From positions 864,001 through 928,000 of the forward strand of contig CAWGJT010000005.1 in NCBI GenBank assembly GCA_963822965.1: DNA of 64,000 nt. Reading direction: 5' to 3'. The position numbers and the translations under genes were made by a program. Numbering within the stretch: the first letter of the stretch is position 1; every line of letters starts with the position of its first letter. The DNA is from an uncultured delta proteobacterium. Lineage in GTDB: Bacteria > Myxococcota_A > UBA9160 > UBA4427. A model generated the notes under the pieces. It did not search any database. It saw nothing but the letters and a program-made list of their open reading frames with translations, and was not told where the DNA came from. Positions 9,154 to 19,670 of this stretch are shown here, piece after piece.

Positions 9154-10344
9154 CTACTCGAACTCCTTGTCCAGCTCGTCGAAGGCGTCGTTGGCGTTCT
9201 GGAAGGCCTGCTCGTAGACCTGCTTGCTGGCTCCCATCAGGCTGAAGTCGCGCTGGGGGACGCCGTACATCTCCTCGCCGTTGGGACCCTTGAAGGCGCG
9301 CGGCGCGTCGGCCTGGGGCTGCGGGGTCTTCATGCCGCCGTGCGGGATCACCGGGGGGTGCAGCTCGGGCTCGTCCATCTGCGGCTCGGGCGCCGAGGGC
9401 GGCTCGGGGGGCGGCGGCGACGCCTGGGGCGTCACGGGTGGCGCGGGAGGCGCGGCCTGGGGCGCCGGCGTGGGCTCGGGCTCCGGCGCCGCGGGCTCGG
9501 GCTCGGCGGGCGTCGCCTGGGGGGCCGGGGGGGCCTGGGGGACCGGGGCGACCTCGGCGACCGCCACGGTCGCGTAGGCCACCTGCACGCCCTGCCGGCT
9601 CAGCCAGTCGTGCACCAGGCTGCTGCGGATGGAGTAGTTGAGACCCTCGAGCGGCAGGCCCTGGGCGTTCACGCGACGCACGAAGGTGTTGACGCCGATC
9701 AGGTTGGCGTTCTCGTCGAGCAGCGGCCCCCCCGAGTTGCCGGGATTGATGGCCGCGTCGGTCTGGAAGATGTCCCGGGCGCCGTCCTTGCGGCGGCTCG
9801 AGATGGTGCCGGTGGTGAGGGTCCAGAGGCCGCCGCCGCCGGGATGGCCGATGGCCGCCACCGACGAGCCCACCTCCACGTTCTCCGAGTTGGCCATGTG
9901 CAGCACGGGCACGCCGGAGGGCGTGTCCTTGACCTGGATGAGGGCGAGATCGAGGGCCTCGTCCCGGGCCACGATGCGCACCTCGTACGGATTCTTGAGG
10001 TCGTTCTTCACGTCGCCGGTGATGCGGCTGGGCTTGAAGAAGACGCGGATGTTCGCGTAGGGCTTCTTGGCCTTCGGGTCGTAGATGACGTGGTTGTTGG
10101 TGAGGATCATGCCGTCGCGGCTCACCAGGGAGCCCGTGCCGGAGCTGCCGTTGCCTTCCTCGTCGAAGGAGAAGATCACCACCACCGCGGGCGCCGCGGT
10201 GCGGTAGACGGACGCCGCCCGGAACTCGGCGCGGGCCGTGCCGCCAGCCAGCAGCAACGCGAAGGCGGTGGCGAGACCGGCGGCCCGGAGGGCCCCGGCG
10301 TGGGCTGCGCGCGTTGCGGTCGAGCTGGAAGCGTTCCGTCTCAT
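9154..10344 (-). CDS. Trypsin-like (S1C) serine protease with Pro-rich tail, no PDZ visible
   Basis: LTNNHVI, DLALI, QTDAAINPGNSGGPL catalytic motifs; ATG 10344. Confidence 0.88.
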   Translation of the reverse strand: MRRNASSSTATRAAHAGALRAAGLATAFALLLAGGTARAEFRAASVYRTAAPAVVVIFSFDEEGNGSSGTGSLVSRDGMILTNNHVIYDPKAKKPYANIRVFFKPSRITGDVKNDLKNPYEVRIVARDEALDLALIQVKDTPSGVPVLHMANSENVEVGSSVAAIGHPGGGGLWTLTTGTISSRRKDGARDIFQTDAAINPGNSGGPLLDENANLIGVNTFVRRVNAQGLPLEGLNYSIRSSLVHDWLSRQGVQVAYATVAVAEVAPVPQAPPAPQATPAEPEPAAPEPEPTPAPQAAPPAPPVTPQASPPPPEPPSAPEPQMDEPELHPPVIPHGGMKTPQPQADAPRAFKGPNGEEMYGVPQRDFSLMGASKQVYEQAFQNANDAFDELDKEFE

Positions 10345-10499
10345 GGTCTCACCCCTTCTCTTGTTCTGTCTGCGTGTCCGTCTGCTCGCGTACCGGTCTG
10401 CTCGCGTACTGTCGCGTCTCGTCGCCGATTCGGCCTGGCAGCGGCCGCAGGCCGTCCTCCCCCCGGGCTCGGAGCCGGGGGCGACGGCCGTGGTGAAGC

Positions 10500-11582
10500 T
10501 TAGTGGTCGAGAGGCTCCGTGAGGTACCGCGAAATCTGCTTCTCCAGATCGCCCGCCAGCTGCTCGGCCCCCTTGGTGAGGGCCCGGGTGCGGGCGATGG
10601 GCCGCGTCGAGTAGCTCTCGCCGCCGCTGGCCTGGGACGCCAGGATGACGGGACCGTCCGGGGGCACCCCGGTGAGCTCGTAGGCGCCCTGCCAGCGGAA
10701 GAAGTGGCCGTCGAAGTCCCGCGGGACCTCCTCCAGGCTCATGCGGCAGGTGAGCCAGACGTTGGCGGCCCCGGAGTCGGCGCCGTTGCCGACCACCCGG
10801 AAGCCGATGCGGGTGATTCGCTTGGCGAGGGCCTCGTGCAGCCCGGGCAGGCTGGCGCCCGTGCGACCCGTCGCCGGGTCGACCTCCACCGCCTGGATGA
10901 GGAAGCGCGTGTTCCACAGCACCGCGTCCAGCTGGCGCTCGACCTCGGCGCTGCCGGGCGACGACGCCTCGGCGGCCAGCCCCACCACCCGCGCCCGCGC
11001 CACCAGCACGTCGCGCTCGCGGCTGGCGTGCAGGGCGTCGAGCAGCGCCTGGGCGCGGCCCAGGGCGGTGGGCGCCGAGCCGGCGCGCTCGAGGGCGCCG
11101 CGCACCCGCCGTGCCGCCGCCTCCAGCTCGGGCACCAGGCTGCGGCGCATGGCCTGCTTCTCCACCACGGCCAGCGCGTGCCAGGCGCCCGTGGCCGGGT
11201 CGCGCCAGGTTTCGACGACGCGGACGCCCTCGAAGCTCCCTTCCGTGCGGATGCGCGTATCGATCGAGAGGTTCTCCACCACCGACGAGCGCGGGGCGCC
11301 GCCGCCCTCTCCGCCGGTGACGGTCACCGTGGTGGCGCTCGCCTGGTCGCGCACCTCGCTCTCGACGCGCGAGCTGAAGACCCGCGCCAGCTCGGTGCGG
11401 GCGTTGCGGCGGGCCTGGTCGGGATCCGCCCCCGTGGCCGCCCCGGTCACCCAGGCCTTCTCGGGGTAGGCGGCGGACGGCCCGTCCACCCAGTCCGGTC
11501 GGCTCCCGAAGGTGGACGCGCACGCCGAGGCGAGCAGCGCCGCGGCCACCGCCCGCGCGAGACGCCGGGTCCGAAGGCTCAC
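10500..11582 (-). CDS. LPP20-family lipoprotein
   Basis: Lipobox ASAC, RPDWV, ARRNARTELA; GTGA overlap with the upstream stop. Confidence 0.7.
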   Translation of the reverse strand: MSLRTRRLARAVAAALLASACASTFGSRPDWVDGPSAAYPEKAWVTGAATGADPDQARRNARTELARVFSSRVESEVRDQASATTVTVTGGEGGGAPRSSVVENLSIDTRIRTEGSFEGVRVVETWRDPATGAWHALAVVEKQAMRRSLVPELEAAARRVRGALERAGSAPTALGRAQALLDALHASRERDVLVARARVVGLAAEASSPGSAEVERQLDAVLWNTRFLIQAVEVDPATGRTGASLPGLHEALAKRITRIGFRVVGNGADSGAANVWLTCRMSLEEVPRDFDGHFFRWQGAYELTGVPPDGPVILASQASGGESYSTRPIARTRALTKGAEQLAGDLEKQISRYLTEPLDH

Positions 11583-13018
11583 TGCACGGTCCTCACGATC
11601 ACGAACGTGTGCCGGCCCGCCTCGACGTGGACGTCCACCTTCTCGCTGCGGACGACGCTCCCGCCGGCGTCGCGGTAGGTGAGCCTCAACTCGTGGTCTC
11701 CCTCGGGCAGGTCGAGCGGGCACATGGCGATCTGGTCCGGCGCAGTGAACCAGGCGCGCTTGTCGGCCACCTCGGAGGCCGTGCGCGCCAGGGCAGAGCT
11801 TACAGAAACGAGGGCGCCGGCGAGCTTGCCGTAGTCCTTGCCGCCGGCTTCCCGGGCCTCCTTCTCGGCGAGCTTCCCGAGCGCGTACTTCACCACGGCC
11901 CGAGCGATGGCCTTCGCGCGGATGCGAACGATGCGATCGGCCAGGTCGCGCTGGGCGATGGCGCCCACGTTCTCCACCAGCTCTGCGCGGACGGGAGCCG
12001 CCCCGCCCCCCAGCTGGACGTCCACGTGGTCGATGCGGTGGGGCACCTCGCGGTAGCTGGGGAAGGCCACGCGCACGACGTCGCTGGCGAGGATGGACGT
12101 GGCGATCTGGCTGGCCTGGGCCACCTGGCGCTCGGCCTCCCCCTCCACGTCGATCTTGTTCACGTAGGGCCAGCCCTGGATGAAGGCGACGTCGATGAAG
12201 GTGTCGATCTTGACCGGTGACCGGCCGTTGTAGTGCAGCACGATGGCGCGGCCCGTGCCCGGCGGCGCCGGGACGAGCTCCTCGGGACCGTATCGCTCCA
12301 CGTACTCCCGCTCGGCCCAGGGACCGAGGGCCGCCGCCAGCCGCCGGGCGTCCCGGCGCAGGGTCGGCGGCGGCGGGGTCGCGTACAGCTTGGCGTAGGT
12401 CGCGTAGGCGTCGAGCGCCTTCTTGTAGGCCACCCACGCCTCGTCGCGGTCGCCGTCCTCCTCGAAGAAGAGGGCCGCCAGGTAGTGGCCGAAGGCGTCG
12501 TCCCGGTAGGCGTTGTCCTGTCCGTCGTCGACGACGAGCTGCCGCAGGAAGAAGTTGAGCTGTCGCACCTCGACGAGGGCCTCGTCGGGCTTGCCCAGGG
12601 CGTCGTAGTTCAAGGCACCGAAGACGTGGATCAGGGCACGCTCGAAGTTCTCGCCGTAGTAGGGTCGCAGGTTGTCGTTGACGAGGAAGGTCGACCCTTC
12701 GGTGGTGATGCTCTTCGTGTAGTGCAGCTCGGCCAGCCGCTTCGCCTTCTCGAAGCTCTCGTTGCTGGCTGCGAACTCTCCCGCGTAGTGGTTCAGCATC
12801 CCGCGCTCGAGGTGGTAGAGGACGGCGTTCTTCTTGCCGAATTCCCTGCGGGCCGCCTCGAGCACCGTGAGCGCGCCGCGGTTGTCCCGGGCCTTCACGT
12901 AGGGAAGCATCTGCTGGTGGACGTCCGTGGGCGACGCGCAGGCGCCCGCCAGAAACGCCACCGGCAGCAGGAGCACCGCTGCCGCGCGCCTCGGGCCGTA
13001 CCGCGCGCGACCCGTCAC
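11579..13018 (-). CDS. COG3014-like TPR lipoprotein
   Basis: Lipobox AGAC, LERGML, YYGENFE, ADKRAW; adjacent to LpoB-like gene. Confidence 0.75.
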   Translation of the reverse strand: MTGRARYGPRRAAAVLLLPVAFLAGACASPTDVHQQMLPYVKARDNRGALTVLEAARREFGKKNAVLYHLERGMLNHYAGEFAASNESFEKAKRLAELHYTKSITTEGSTFLVNDNLRPYYGENFERALIHVFGALNYDALGKPDEALVEVRQLNFFLRQLVVDDGQDNAYRDDAFGHYLAALFFEEDGDRDEAWVAYKKALDAYATYAKLYATPPPPTLRRDARRLAAALGPWAEREYVERYGPEELVPAPPGTGRAIVLHYNGRSPVKIDTFIDVAFIQGWPYVNKIDVEGEAERQVAQASQIATSILASDVVRVAFPSYREVPHRIDHVDVQLGGGAAPVRAELVENVGAIAQRDLADRIVRIRAKAIARAVVKYALGKLAEKEAREAGGKDYGKLAGALVSVSSALARTASEVADKRAWFTAPDQIAMCPLDLPEGDHELRLTYRDAGGSVVRSEKVDVHVEAGRHTFVIVRTVQ

Positions 13019-13060
13019 GACGGCTCCCCGGTGCGGGTCATCAGCACCTCCGAAGGGCTG

Positions 13061-13684
13061 CTAGAAGCGGGTCTTCTGGTAGGTGACCGTCTTCTTGAGC
13101 TTCTTCTGGCCGATCCACACCTTCCTGTTGCTCTCGAGGTCCACCAGCTCGAGCTCCACCTGGTAGAAGCGCACCTGCTCCTTGTCGGCGGCGTCGAGGA
13201 TGGTGTTGATCTGCCCCTGCAGCATGAAGTCGGCGCCGAGCTCCTTGCCCATGCTCTTGGCGGTCTCGATGCTCGCGTTGCGCTGCTGGTCCGCGCGCTC
13301 GCTGCGCAGCTCCTCGCGCTCGCCCGAGGCGGCCACCACGTCGACCACCCCCGAGTTGACGAGCGCGCGCTCGAGGTCCTTCACGAAGGTCTGGGTGTTG
13401 AGGTGCTCCTGGCTGCGGTTCTGCACGGTCCCGACGATGACCCGGGGCTCCCGGCCCAGGCGCTCCCGGGCGCGCGCCGACCAGGGGCTGCCCAGGGAGT
13501 CCGCGACCATCTCCTCGGAGACCAGGCGCGAATCGGTGTCGTTCCAGTAGCCGCTCAGGTCGATGGTCTCGTTCACGTCGCGACGGGCCACCACCGGCGC
13601 CGACGAGCAGGCGGTCGCTCCGAGCAGCAGGAGCAGCAGGATGGCGAGCGGTTGGGGCACCCTTCGAGGCGGACTCTGCTTCAC
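13061..13684 (-). CDS. LpoB-like penicillin-binding protein activator lipoprotein
   Basis: Lipobox ATAC, DLSGYWNDTD, GADFMLQG, FYQVELELVDLESNRKVW. Confidence 0.75.
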   Translation of the reverse strand: MKQSPPRRVPQPLAILLLLLLGATACSSAPVVARRDVNETIDLSGYWNDTDSRLVSEEMVADSLGSPWSARARERLGREPRVIVGTVQNRSQEHLNTQTFVKDLERALVNSGVVDVVAASGEREELRSERADQQRNASIETAKSMGKELGADFMLQGQINTILDAADKEQVRFYQVELELVDLESNRKVWIGQKKLKKTVTYQKTRF

Positions 13685-13873
13685 GGCGGTTCCTCCCGGC
13701 GCGCGAGGGTCAGGCACCGCCTCGTACGGACGGCGCCTGGAACGGGCCCTAGGATGGAAGCTCGAACCCCCCGGGTCAATCCTGGCGGGCGGGCTCCCTC
13801 CCGGCCGGAACATTCCGTAATCTGCGCGGCACTCAAGGCTCGATCGAACGAAGACCGTGGAGACAGCGCCCTC

Positions 13874-14938
13874 ATGACCGCACGCACGCCCGCACCGTCG
13901 CTCGCGAACCGTCACGCCCTCGCTCGCCGTGGCGATCGCCGCTCGTGGCCCCGCTCGGCCTCGCGTTGGCGTGTGCATCGAAGCCCAAGGCCCAGGCGGC
14001 GCCCCGCAAGGTGCAGTCCGCCCAGCAGGACGATCTCGCCGGCGCGCCCGACTGGATCCGCCGCGGCTGTGCGGCCTACTGGGCCGACGCGCCCGAGCGC
14101 GGCGTCTGCGGCGTGGGCTCGGCCAGCGGCAGCCGCAACCTCGCCCTCACCACCACCACCGCCGAGGGCCGCGGCCGCACGGCCATCGCGCGCACCCTCG
14201 ACACCAAGGTGCGGTCGATGCTGAAGGACTACCAGGCGACCACCACCGGCGGCGAGGAGTTCGGCACCGCCGCGGCCGACGAGCAGCACATCGTCGACGT
14301 GAGCAAGCAGCTCACCGACGGGACGCTCACCGGCGCCGAGCGACGGGACCTGTGGATCTCGCCTTCCGGCGTCGTCTACGCGCTCATGGTGCTCGACCTG
14401 CAGAAGTTCCAGAACACCGTCTGGAGCATGAAGCAGCTCTCCGAGGACGTGCGGAGCGCGGTCGCCCAGCGCGCCGCGGAGGAGTTCAACGGGCCTGCCG
14501 AGGGCGGGATCGGCCGAGCCGGCCGGCTCCGGCGACACGAAGGTGGCGGGCCCGCTCGTGCTCGTCACCCAGGCGCAGCTCGACGCCATGCCCCGGGACA
14601 CGACCGTGGCCTGGGGCACCCCCAAGACCGACCCCAACGGACCCGTGATCCAGATCGACAGCCCCAAGAACGGGGGCGTCTACAAGGGCCCCTTCCCCAT
14701 CAAGGTGGAGTTCCGCGACGGACCGTCCGGCCAGCCCGTGGACATGGACACCCTGAAGCTCGAGTACAAGGTGGCCTGGGGGATCGACATCACCGACAAG
14801 GTGCGGGAATACATCGACGGCACGCAGATCGACGTCGCCGAGTCGGCGCTGCCCGAAGGCCGGCACACGGTGGAGATCCAGATCGAGGACACCGCCGGAC
14901 ACCGCAGCAGCCGCATCTTCACGGTCACCGTCGAGTAG
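13874..14938 (+). CDS. LPP20-like lipoprotein with extra C-terminal beta domain; reading frame broken near 13940 and 14500-14540
   Basis: LALAC lipobox, APDWI, GVGSA in ORF 13945; coding-like continuation in ORF 14543..14938. Confidence 0.6.
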
Positions 14939-14985
14939 CGGCGGGTGAGTTGGGCCGCCCCGACTTCTGCTAGACCCTGCAGTCC

Positions 14986-16518
14986 ATGACCGCCTCCGAT
15001 CCCAGCTCCTCCGGCACCACGTCCGGCAAGCACGTCGTCGTCGTCGGGGGCAGCATCGCCGGCCTGGCCGCGGCCTTCATCCTGAGCCAGGACGGCCACC
15101 GGGTGACGGTGCTCGAGCGCGACGCCACCCCCCTGCCCGCCAGCCCCCTCGAGGCCTTCGAGCACTGGGACCGCAAGGGCTCCCCCCAGACCCGGCACTC
15201 CCACGCCTTCCTGGCGCGCCTGTACGGCATCCTGAAGCGGCGCGCGCCGGACCTGCTCGGGCTGCTGAAGGAGCACGGTGTCGAGGAGCTGCGCTTCCGC
15301 GACATGGCGCGCAGCGCCCTGGGACGCGACGACCTCGAGTTCCTGCCCGAGGACGACGACATCACCCTGCTGGCCTGCCGGCGTGTCACCTTCGAGTGGG
15401 TGCTGCGGCGCTACGTGCTCGACACGGGCCGGGTCGACTTCCGGGACGGCACCGAGGTGCTGGGGCTCGAGGCCGCGCCCGGGAAGGCCGGAGCGCCGCC
15501 CCTCGTGACGGGCGTGCGCCTGGCCGGTCGCGACGGCTGCGAGGAGCGCCTGACGGCCGACCTCGTCCTCGACGCCAGCGGACGCCGATCGCCCCTGCGC
15601 CGCTGGCTGCAGGAGATCGGCGCGGGCACGATGGAGAAGGACTCCGAGCCGTGCGGGATCTTCTACTGCTCGCGCTTCTACCGCACGACCACCGGCGCCG
15701 AGCGCCCCGAGCTCGGCGGCGTGATGGGATCCGATCTGGGCTACATGAAGTACGGCATCTTTCCGGGCGACGCGGGCATCTTCTCCATCACGCTCTGCGC
15801 CTCGCCTCACGACACGCACATGCGTCGGATCCTGCGCACGCCGTTCTTCGAGCAGGCGGTGCGCAGCCTGCCCGCCACGCGCGAATGGGTGGCGCCGGAC
15901 GTCTCCCAGCCCATCAGCGAGGTGCACACCATGGGCAGCCTCAAGAACACCCGCTGCTACTTCGTGAAGGACGGCCGGCCCCTGGCCCTGGGCGTGTTCC
16001 CGATCGGCGACGCCCTCATCCACACCAACCCGCTGAACGGTCGCGGCTGCACCCTGGCCTTCGTGAACGCCGAGCTCGCCAGCGCCGCGCTCCGCGAGCA
16101 TCCGGACGACCTGCTGGAGCTCGCGCGCGCCCTCGACGCGGGCGTCGAGCGGGAGATCGTCCCCTGGTACAAGGCCACGCTGGCCCAGGACCGCGACGCC
16201 GTGGAGGTGAACCGCGCCCAGCAGCGGGGCGAGGACCCGTACGCGTTCCAGCGGGCCGACGGCACGGTGGATACGCGCGCCTGGATGCGTTGCCTGCTGC
16301 GCGACGGCCTGGTTCCTGCCCTGCGCGAGGACCTCGTCCTCTTCCGGGCCTTCATGCGGGTCTTCAACCTGCTCGAAGAGCCGACGGACATGATGAAGGA
16401 CCCGCGCATCCTGCAGCAGGCCCTGGCCTCCTTCCAGAAGCGGGACGAGCGCGACCCGGTGGCGCGCGGGCCGAGCCGGGAGGAGATGCTGGGCCAGCTG
16501 GCCTCCGTGGCTGCGTGA
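14986..16518 (+). CDS. FAD-dependent oxidoreductase
   Basis: VVVVGGSIAG Rossmann motif, DASGR, IGDA..TNPLNGRG. Confidence 0.85.
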   Translation: MTASDPSSSGTTSGKHVVVVGGSIAGLAAAFILSQDGHRVTVLERDATPLPASPLEAFEHWDRKGSPQTRHSHAFLARLYGILKRRAPDLLGLLKEHGVEELRFRDMARSALGRDDLEFLPEDDDITLLACRRVTFEWVLRRYVLDTGRVDFRDGTEVLGLEAAPGKAGAPPLVTGVRLAGRDGCEERLTADLVLDASGRRSPLRRWLQEIGAGTMEKDSEPCGIFYCSRFYRTTTGAERPELGGVMGSDLGYMKYGIFPGDAGIFSITLCASPHDTHMRRILRTPFFEQAVRSLPATREWVAPDVSQPISEVHTMGSLKNTRCYFVKDGRPLALGVFPIGDALIHTNPLNGRGCTLAFVNAELASAALREHPDDLLELARALDAGVEREIVPWYKATLAQDRDAVEVNRAQQRGEDPYAFQRADGTVDTRAWMRCLLRDGLVPALREDLVLFRAFMRVFNLLEEPTDMMKDPRILQQALASFQKRDERDPVARGPSREEMLGQLASVAA

Positions 16519-16583
16519 GAGCCGGCGAGTCGGGCCGGCACCGCCTTTGACAGGCCCGGCCGGGCCGGCCACCTTCGGGCGTC

Positions 16584-18095
16584 ATGTCCCGCACCGACGC
16601 CCCCCCTGCCTCACGACCCCTCGAGCGACTCGTCGCCGGCCAGGAGATCGTCTTCGGCGGCAACCGCCTCGCGCGGGTCTCCGAGGCCCTGGCCGAGGCC
16701 TTCCAGCCGGGCGACCAGATCCGGGTGGTGGAGCGGACGGGCGAGCTGCTGCACGTCCCCGCCGCCGAGGCCCGGCTGGCGGCCCGAGCCGTCGACCGCG
16801 CCACCGCCGCCTTCGCGGCCATGGGCGAGGTGGGCGACGAGCAGATCTCCCGCTTCTACGAGGAGCTCGCGGGTCGTCTCGAGGACGACGCCATCTGGAG
16901 CGCGATCGCCGCGGCCAACGCCCGGGACGTGGAGGCGGCCACCCGCAAGGGCCGCTCCACCACCCGGCTCGTGGCCAGCAGCCGGCTGCGCCGGGACATG
17001 ATCGAAGGGCTGCGCGGCTGGATCGGCATGGGCTCGCAGCGGGGCCGCATCCTCGAGCGGGTGGACCACGAGGGCTGGCACGTGGAGCTGGTGGGGGCCG
17101 AGCTCGGGGTGGTGGCGTTCGTCTTCGAAGGGCGGCCGAACGTGCTGGCCGACGCCACCGGCGTGCTGCGCGGCGGCAACACGGTGGTGTTCCGCATCGG
17201 CAGCGACGCGCTGGGCACGGCCCGGACCATGATGCAGCAGGCCCTCGAGCCCGCCCTCGCGGCGGCGGGCCTGCCCGACGGTGCAGTGGTGCTGGTGGAG
17301 AGCGCCTCTCATGCCGCCGGCCAGGCGCTCTTCTGCGACTCGCGGCTGTCGCTGGCCGTGGCGCGAGGCTCGGGCCACGCGGTGGCGACCCTCGGCGCCC
17401 TGGCCCAGCAGGCCGGCGTGCCGGTGAGCCTGCACGGGACCGGCGGCGCCTGGATCTTCGCCAGCGAGGCTGCGGACGCCGAGGCCCTGGCCCAGGCGGT
17501 CACGGGCTCCCTCGACCGCAAGGTGTGCAACACCCTGAACGTCTGCTGCCTCCCGCGCGCGCGCGCCGCCGAGCTGGTGCCGGTCTTCCTCGACGCCCTG
17601 GCGAAGGCGGGCGACGCCCTCGGCCAGCCCTACCGGCTGCACGTGGTCGAGGGCGACGAGGGCTTCGTTCCCGCCGCGCTCTTCGACGAGGTGGTCGAGG
17701 TGGCCCGCGCCGAGGGTGCCGTGCGTGAGCCCCGCGCGGACCGCATCCCCGAGACCGATCTCGCCACCGAGTGGGAGTGGGAGGGGACGCCCGAGGTCAG
17801 CCTCAAGATCATCGACGACCTGGACCACGGCATCGCCCTCTTCAACCGCTTCGGGCCGCTGCTGGTCGCCAGCCTGGTGGGCGGGGACGACGCCGAGAGC
17901 GACCGCTTCTATCGCCGGGTGAACGCTCCGTTCGTCGGCGACGGGCACACCCGCTGGGTCGACGGCCAGAAGGCCCTCGACCGTCCGGAGCTGGGGCTGT
18001 CGAACTGGCAGAACGGCAGGCTCTTCGGGCGCGGGGGCATCCTCAGCGGCGACAGCGTCTACACGGTCCGCACCCGGGCGATCCGCGACCGCTGA
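16584..18095 (+). CDS. proA: Gamma-glutamyl phosphate reductase-like (ProA-like, ALDH fold)
   Basis: GVVAFVFEGRPNV and KVCNTL (catalytic Cys) resemble ProA motifs; divergent member. Confidence 0.65.
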   Translation: MSRTDAPPASRPLERLVAGQEIVFGGNRLARVSEALAEAFQPGDQIRVVERTGELLHVPAAEARLAARAVDRATAAFAAMGEVGDEQISRFYEELAGRLEDDAIWSAIAAANARDVEAATRKGRSTTRLVASSRLRRDMIEGLRGWIGMGSQRGRILERVDHEGWHVELVGAELGVVAFVFEGRPNVLADATGVLRGGNTVVFRIGSDALGTARTMMQQALEPALAAAGLPDGAVVLVESASHAAGQALFCDSRLSLAVARGSGHAVATLGALAQQAGVPVSLHGTGGAWIFASEAADAEALAQAVTGSLDRKVCNTLNVCCLPRARAAELVPVFLDALAKAGDALGQPYRLHVVEGDEGFVPAALFDEVVEVARAEGAVREPRADRIPETDLATEWEWEGTPEVSLKIIDDLDHGIALFNRFGPLLVASLVGGDDAESDRFYRRVNAPFVGDGHTRWVDGQKALDRPELGLSNWQNGRLFGRGGILSGDSVYTVRTRAIRDR

Positions 18096-18140
18096 CCCGA
18101 CCGGGGCCCCGAGCGGGCAGACGAATTCGCAGGATTCGTC

Positions 18141-18187
18141 TGCGGCGGAACCGCGACCCAAGACGAAGTCCTGGATCGCGTCTCTAG
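18141..18187 (-). repeat. CTAG-linked short hairpin repeat, copy 3
   Basis: Minus strand ctag-agacgcgatccaggac-ttc-gtcttgggtcgc-ggttccgccgca at the stop codon of the caspase-like gene. Confidence 0.7.
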
Positions 18188-19482
18188 CGACGCGCGGTGT
18201 CCACACCGAGCCGGGCGAGGTCGGGGGCGTCCTCGTGGCCGGAGTCCGCGAGCGCGCGACGGCGGTCCCCCAGCAGGCGGGGTCGCTGCGCGTGACCCGG
18301 AGGAGCCAGGGCCCGCATCGTGCGCGCCACCCAGGCTTGCAGCTCGCCGGCTGTGACGAGGCCGTCCCGGTCCCCGTCCGCCCAGCCGCGCAGGCCACCC
18401 AGGGCGAGATAGCCGAAGGCCGGACGCGACCCGCCGGGCAGCGGCCCGGGGACCTCGTCGCCGCGGGCGGCGCTCATCACGACGAGCCGTGGATCGGCCG
18501 CCCCCGCCGCGAGATCGACCGGACGCGGCTGCAGGTCGGACGCCAGCAGGCCCCCGCGCGCCGTGCGTCCCGAGAAGCCGGCGTCGAGCAATACCTGCAC
18601 CTCGTCCGCCCGGCTGGCCTGCAGGGTCGCGACCAGCTCCGAGACGCGGAGGCTGCGCGCTTCGATGCCGCGCGCGCTTCCGGGCGCGTCGTAGGCCACG
18701 AGCAGCCCGTCCCCGGCAGCCCGCGCGGGCGCGCCGTGCCCGGCGAAGACGAGCCACAAGGTGCCGCCCGGCTTCACGCCGCGCGCCGCCTCCTCGACGG
18801 CGTGATGCATCTCCGTGACGGTGGCGTCCTCGTCCAGCAGCAGGGCCACGCGATCCTGGGGAATGCCGCGCGCGCGCACCAGGTAGCCGTACCAGTCGGC
18901 GGCGTTGGCGGTGGCGCCCGCCAGCGGCGGCACGTGCGCGTAGCGCGAAACGCCGATCACCACCGCTGCGTCCCGCTCGCCCCCACCGACCTCGCGCAGG
19001 AGCGGCTTCGACAGATCGGGCCAACCCGCCTGCAGCCCGCCGGCAGACGACCCGCCCAGGAAGCGACCGTCGCGCCACTCGCCTCGCTCCACGCGACCGT
19101 CCGGGTGGGTGACGACGCCGGCCCCGTGCTTCCGGCCGCCGCGCCAGTCTCCCTCGTAGCTCGAGCCGTCGGGCAGGATGAGGAGCCCCCGGCCGTGCTG
19201 CTGTCCGCGCACGAAGTCGCCGATGTACCGGCTGCCGTTGGGCCACAGATACGAGCCCTGGCCCGTGCGGCAGCTCCCCTGGACGCAGCCGATGCGTGTC
19301 GGCGCCAGGCTCGCGGGCGGGCTCTCGTCGCGGTCACCGGCGGCGGCCCGGCTCGAATGCGGCGGGGGGGTGCTGCCCGGGACCGGATCGGCCGCCCCCG
19401 CGCACGCGGCCAGCAGGCCCAGGAGCGCCACCGCCAAGCCGATCGCGGAGGCCCGGGGCCGCTGATCTCGCGAGGTCGGCAT
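18184..19482 (-). CDS. Lipoprotein with MORN repeats and a caspase-like (peptidase C14) domain
   Basis: Lipobox LAAC; YxGxFxxGxxHGxG repeats; AVVIGVSRY, FAGHG, LLDAGFSG. Confidence 0.8.
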   Translation of the reverse strand: MPTSRDQRPRASAIGLAVALLGLLAACAGAADPVPGSTPPPHSSRAAAGDRDESPPASLAPTRIGCVQGSCRTGQGSYLWPNGSRYIGDFVRGQQHGRGLLILPDGSSYEGDWRGGRKHGAGVVTHPDGRVERGEWRDGRFLGGSSAGGLQAGWPDLSKPLLREVGGGERDAAVVIGVSRYAHVPPLAGATANAADWYGYLVRARGIPQDRVALLLDEDATVTEMHHAVEEAARGVKPGGTLWLVFAGHGAPARAAGDGLLVAYDAPGSARGIEARSLRVSELVATLQASRADEVQVLLDAGFSGRTARGGLLASDLQPRPVDLAAGAADPRLVVMSAARGDEVPGPLPGGSRPAFGYLALGGLRGWADGDRDGLVTAGELQAWVARTMRALAPPGHAQRPRLLGDRRRALADSGHEDAPDLARLGVDTARR

Positions 19483-19670
19483 GCGTCCACTCCCAGCCCA
19501 CCTGCGGCAGGAGGTGTGATCGCGAACCGCGGCTCCTCAGGGGGCTGCTTCTCTCATCGGAGCGGCGGCGCCCAACTTGATGGGTTTCACCTACGCTGCC
19601 GACAGATCCGTGTGACGGGCGGGCCGAGACGACCCGGTGCCCGGCGACGGACCCCGCTCGGGCGCCCGTC

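Noticed and set aside
9420..9560. Repetitive GC-rich tract
   Set aside because: Encodes the Pro/Ala/Glu linker of the protease
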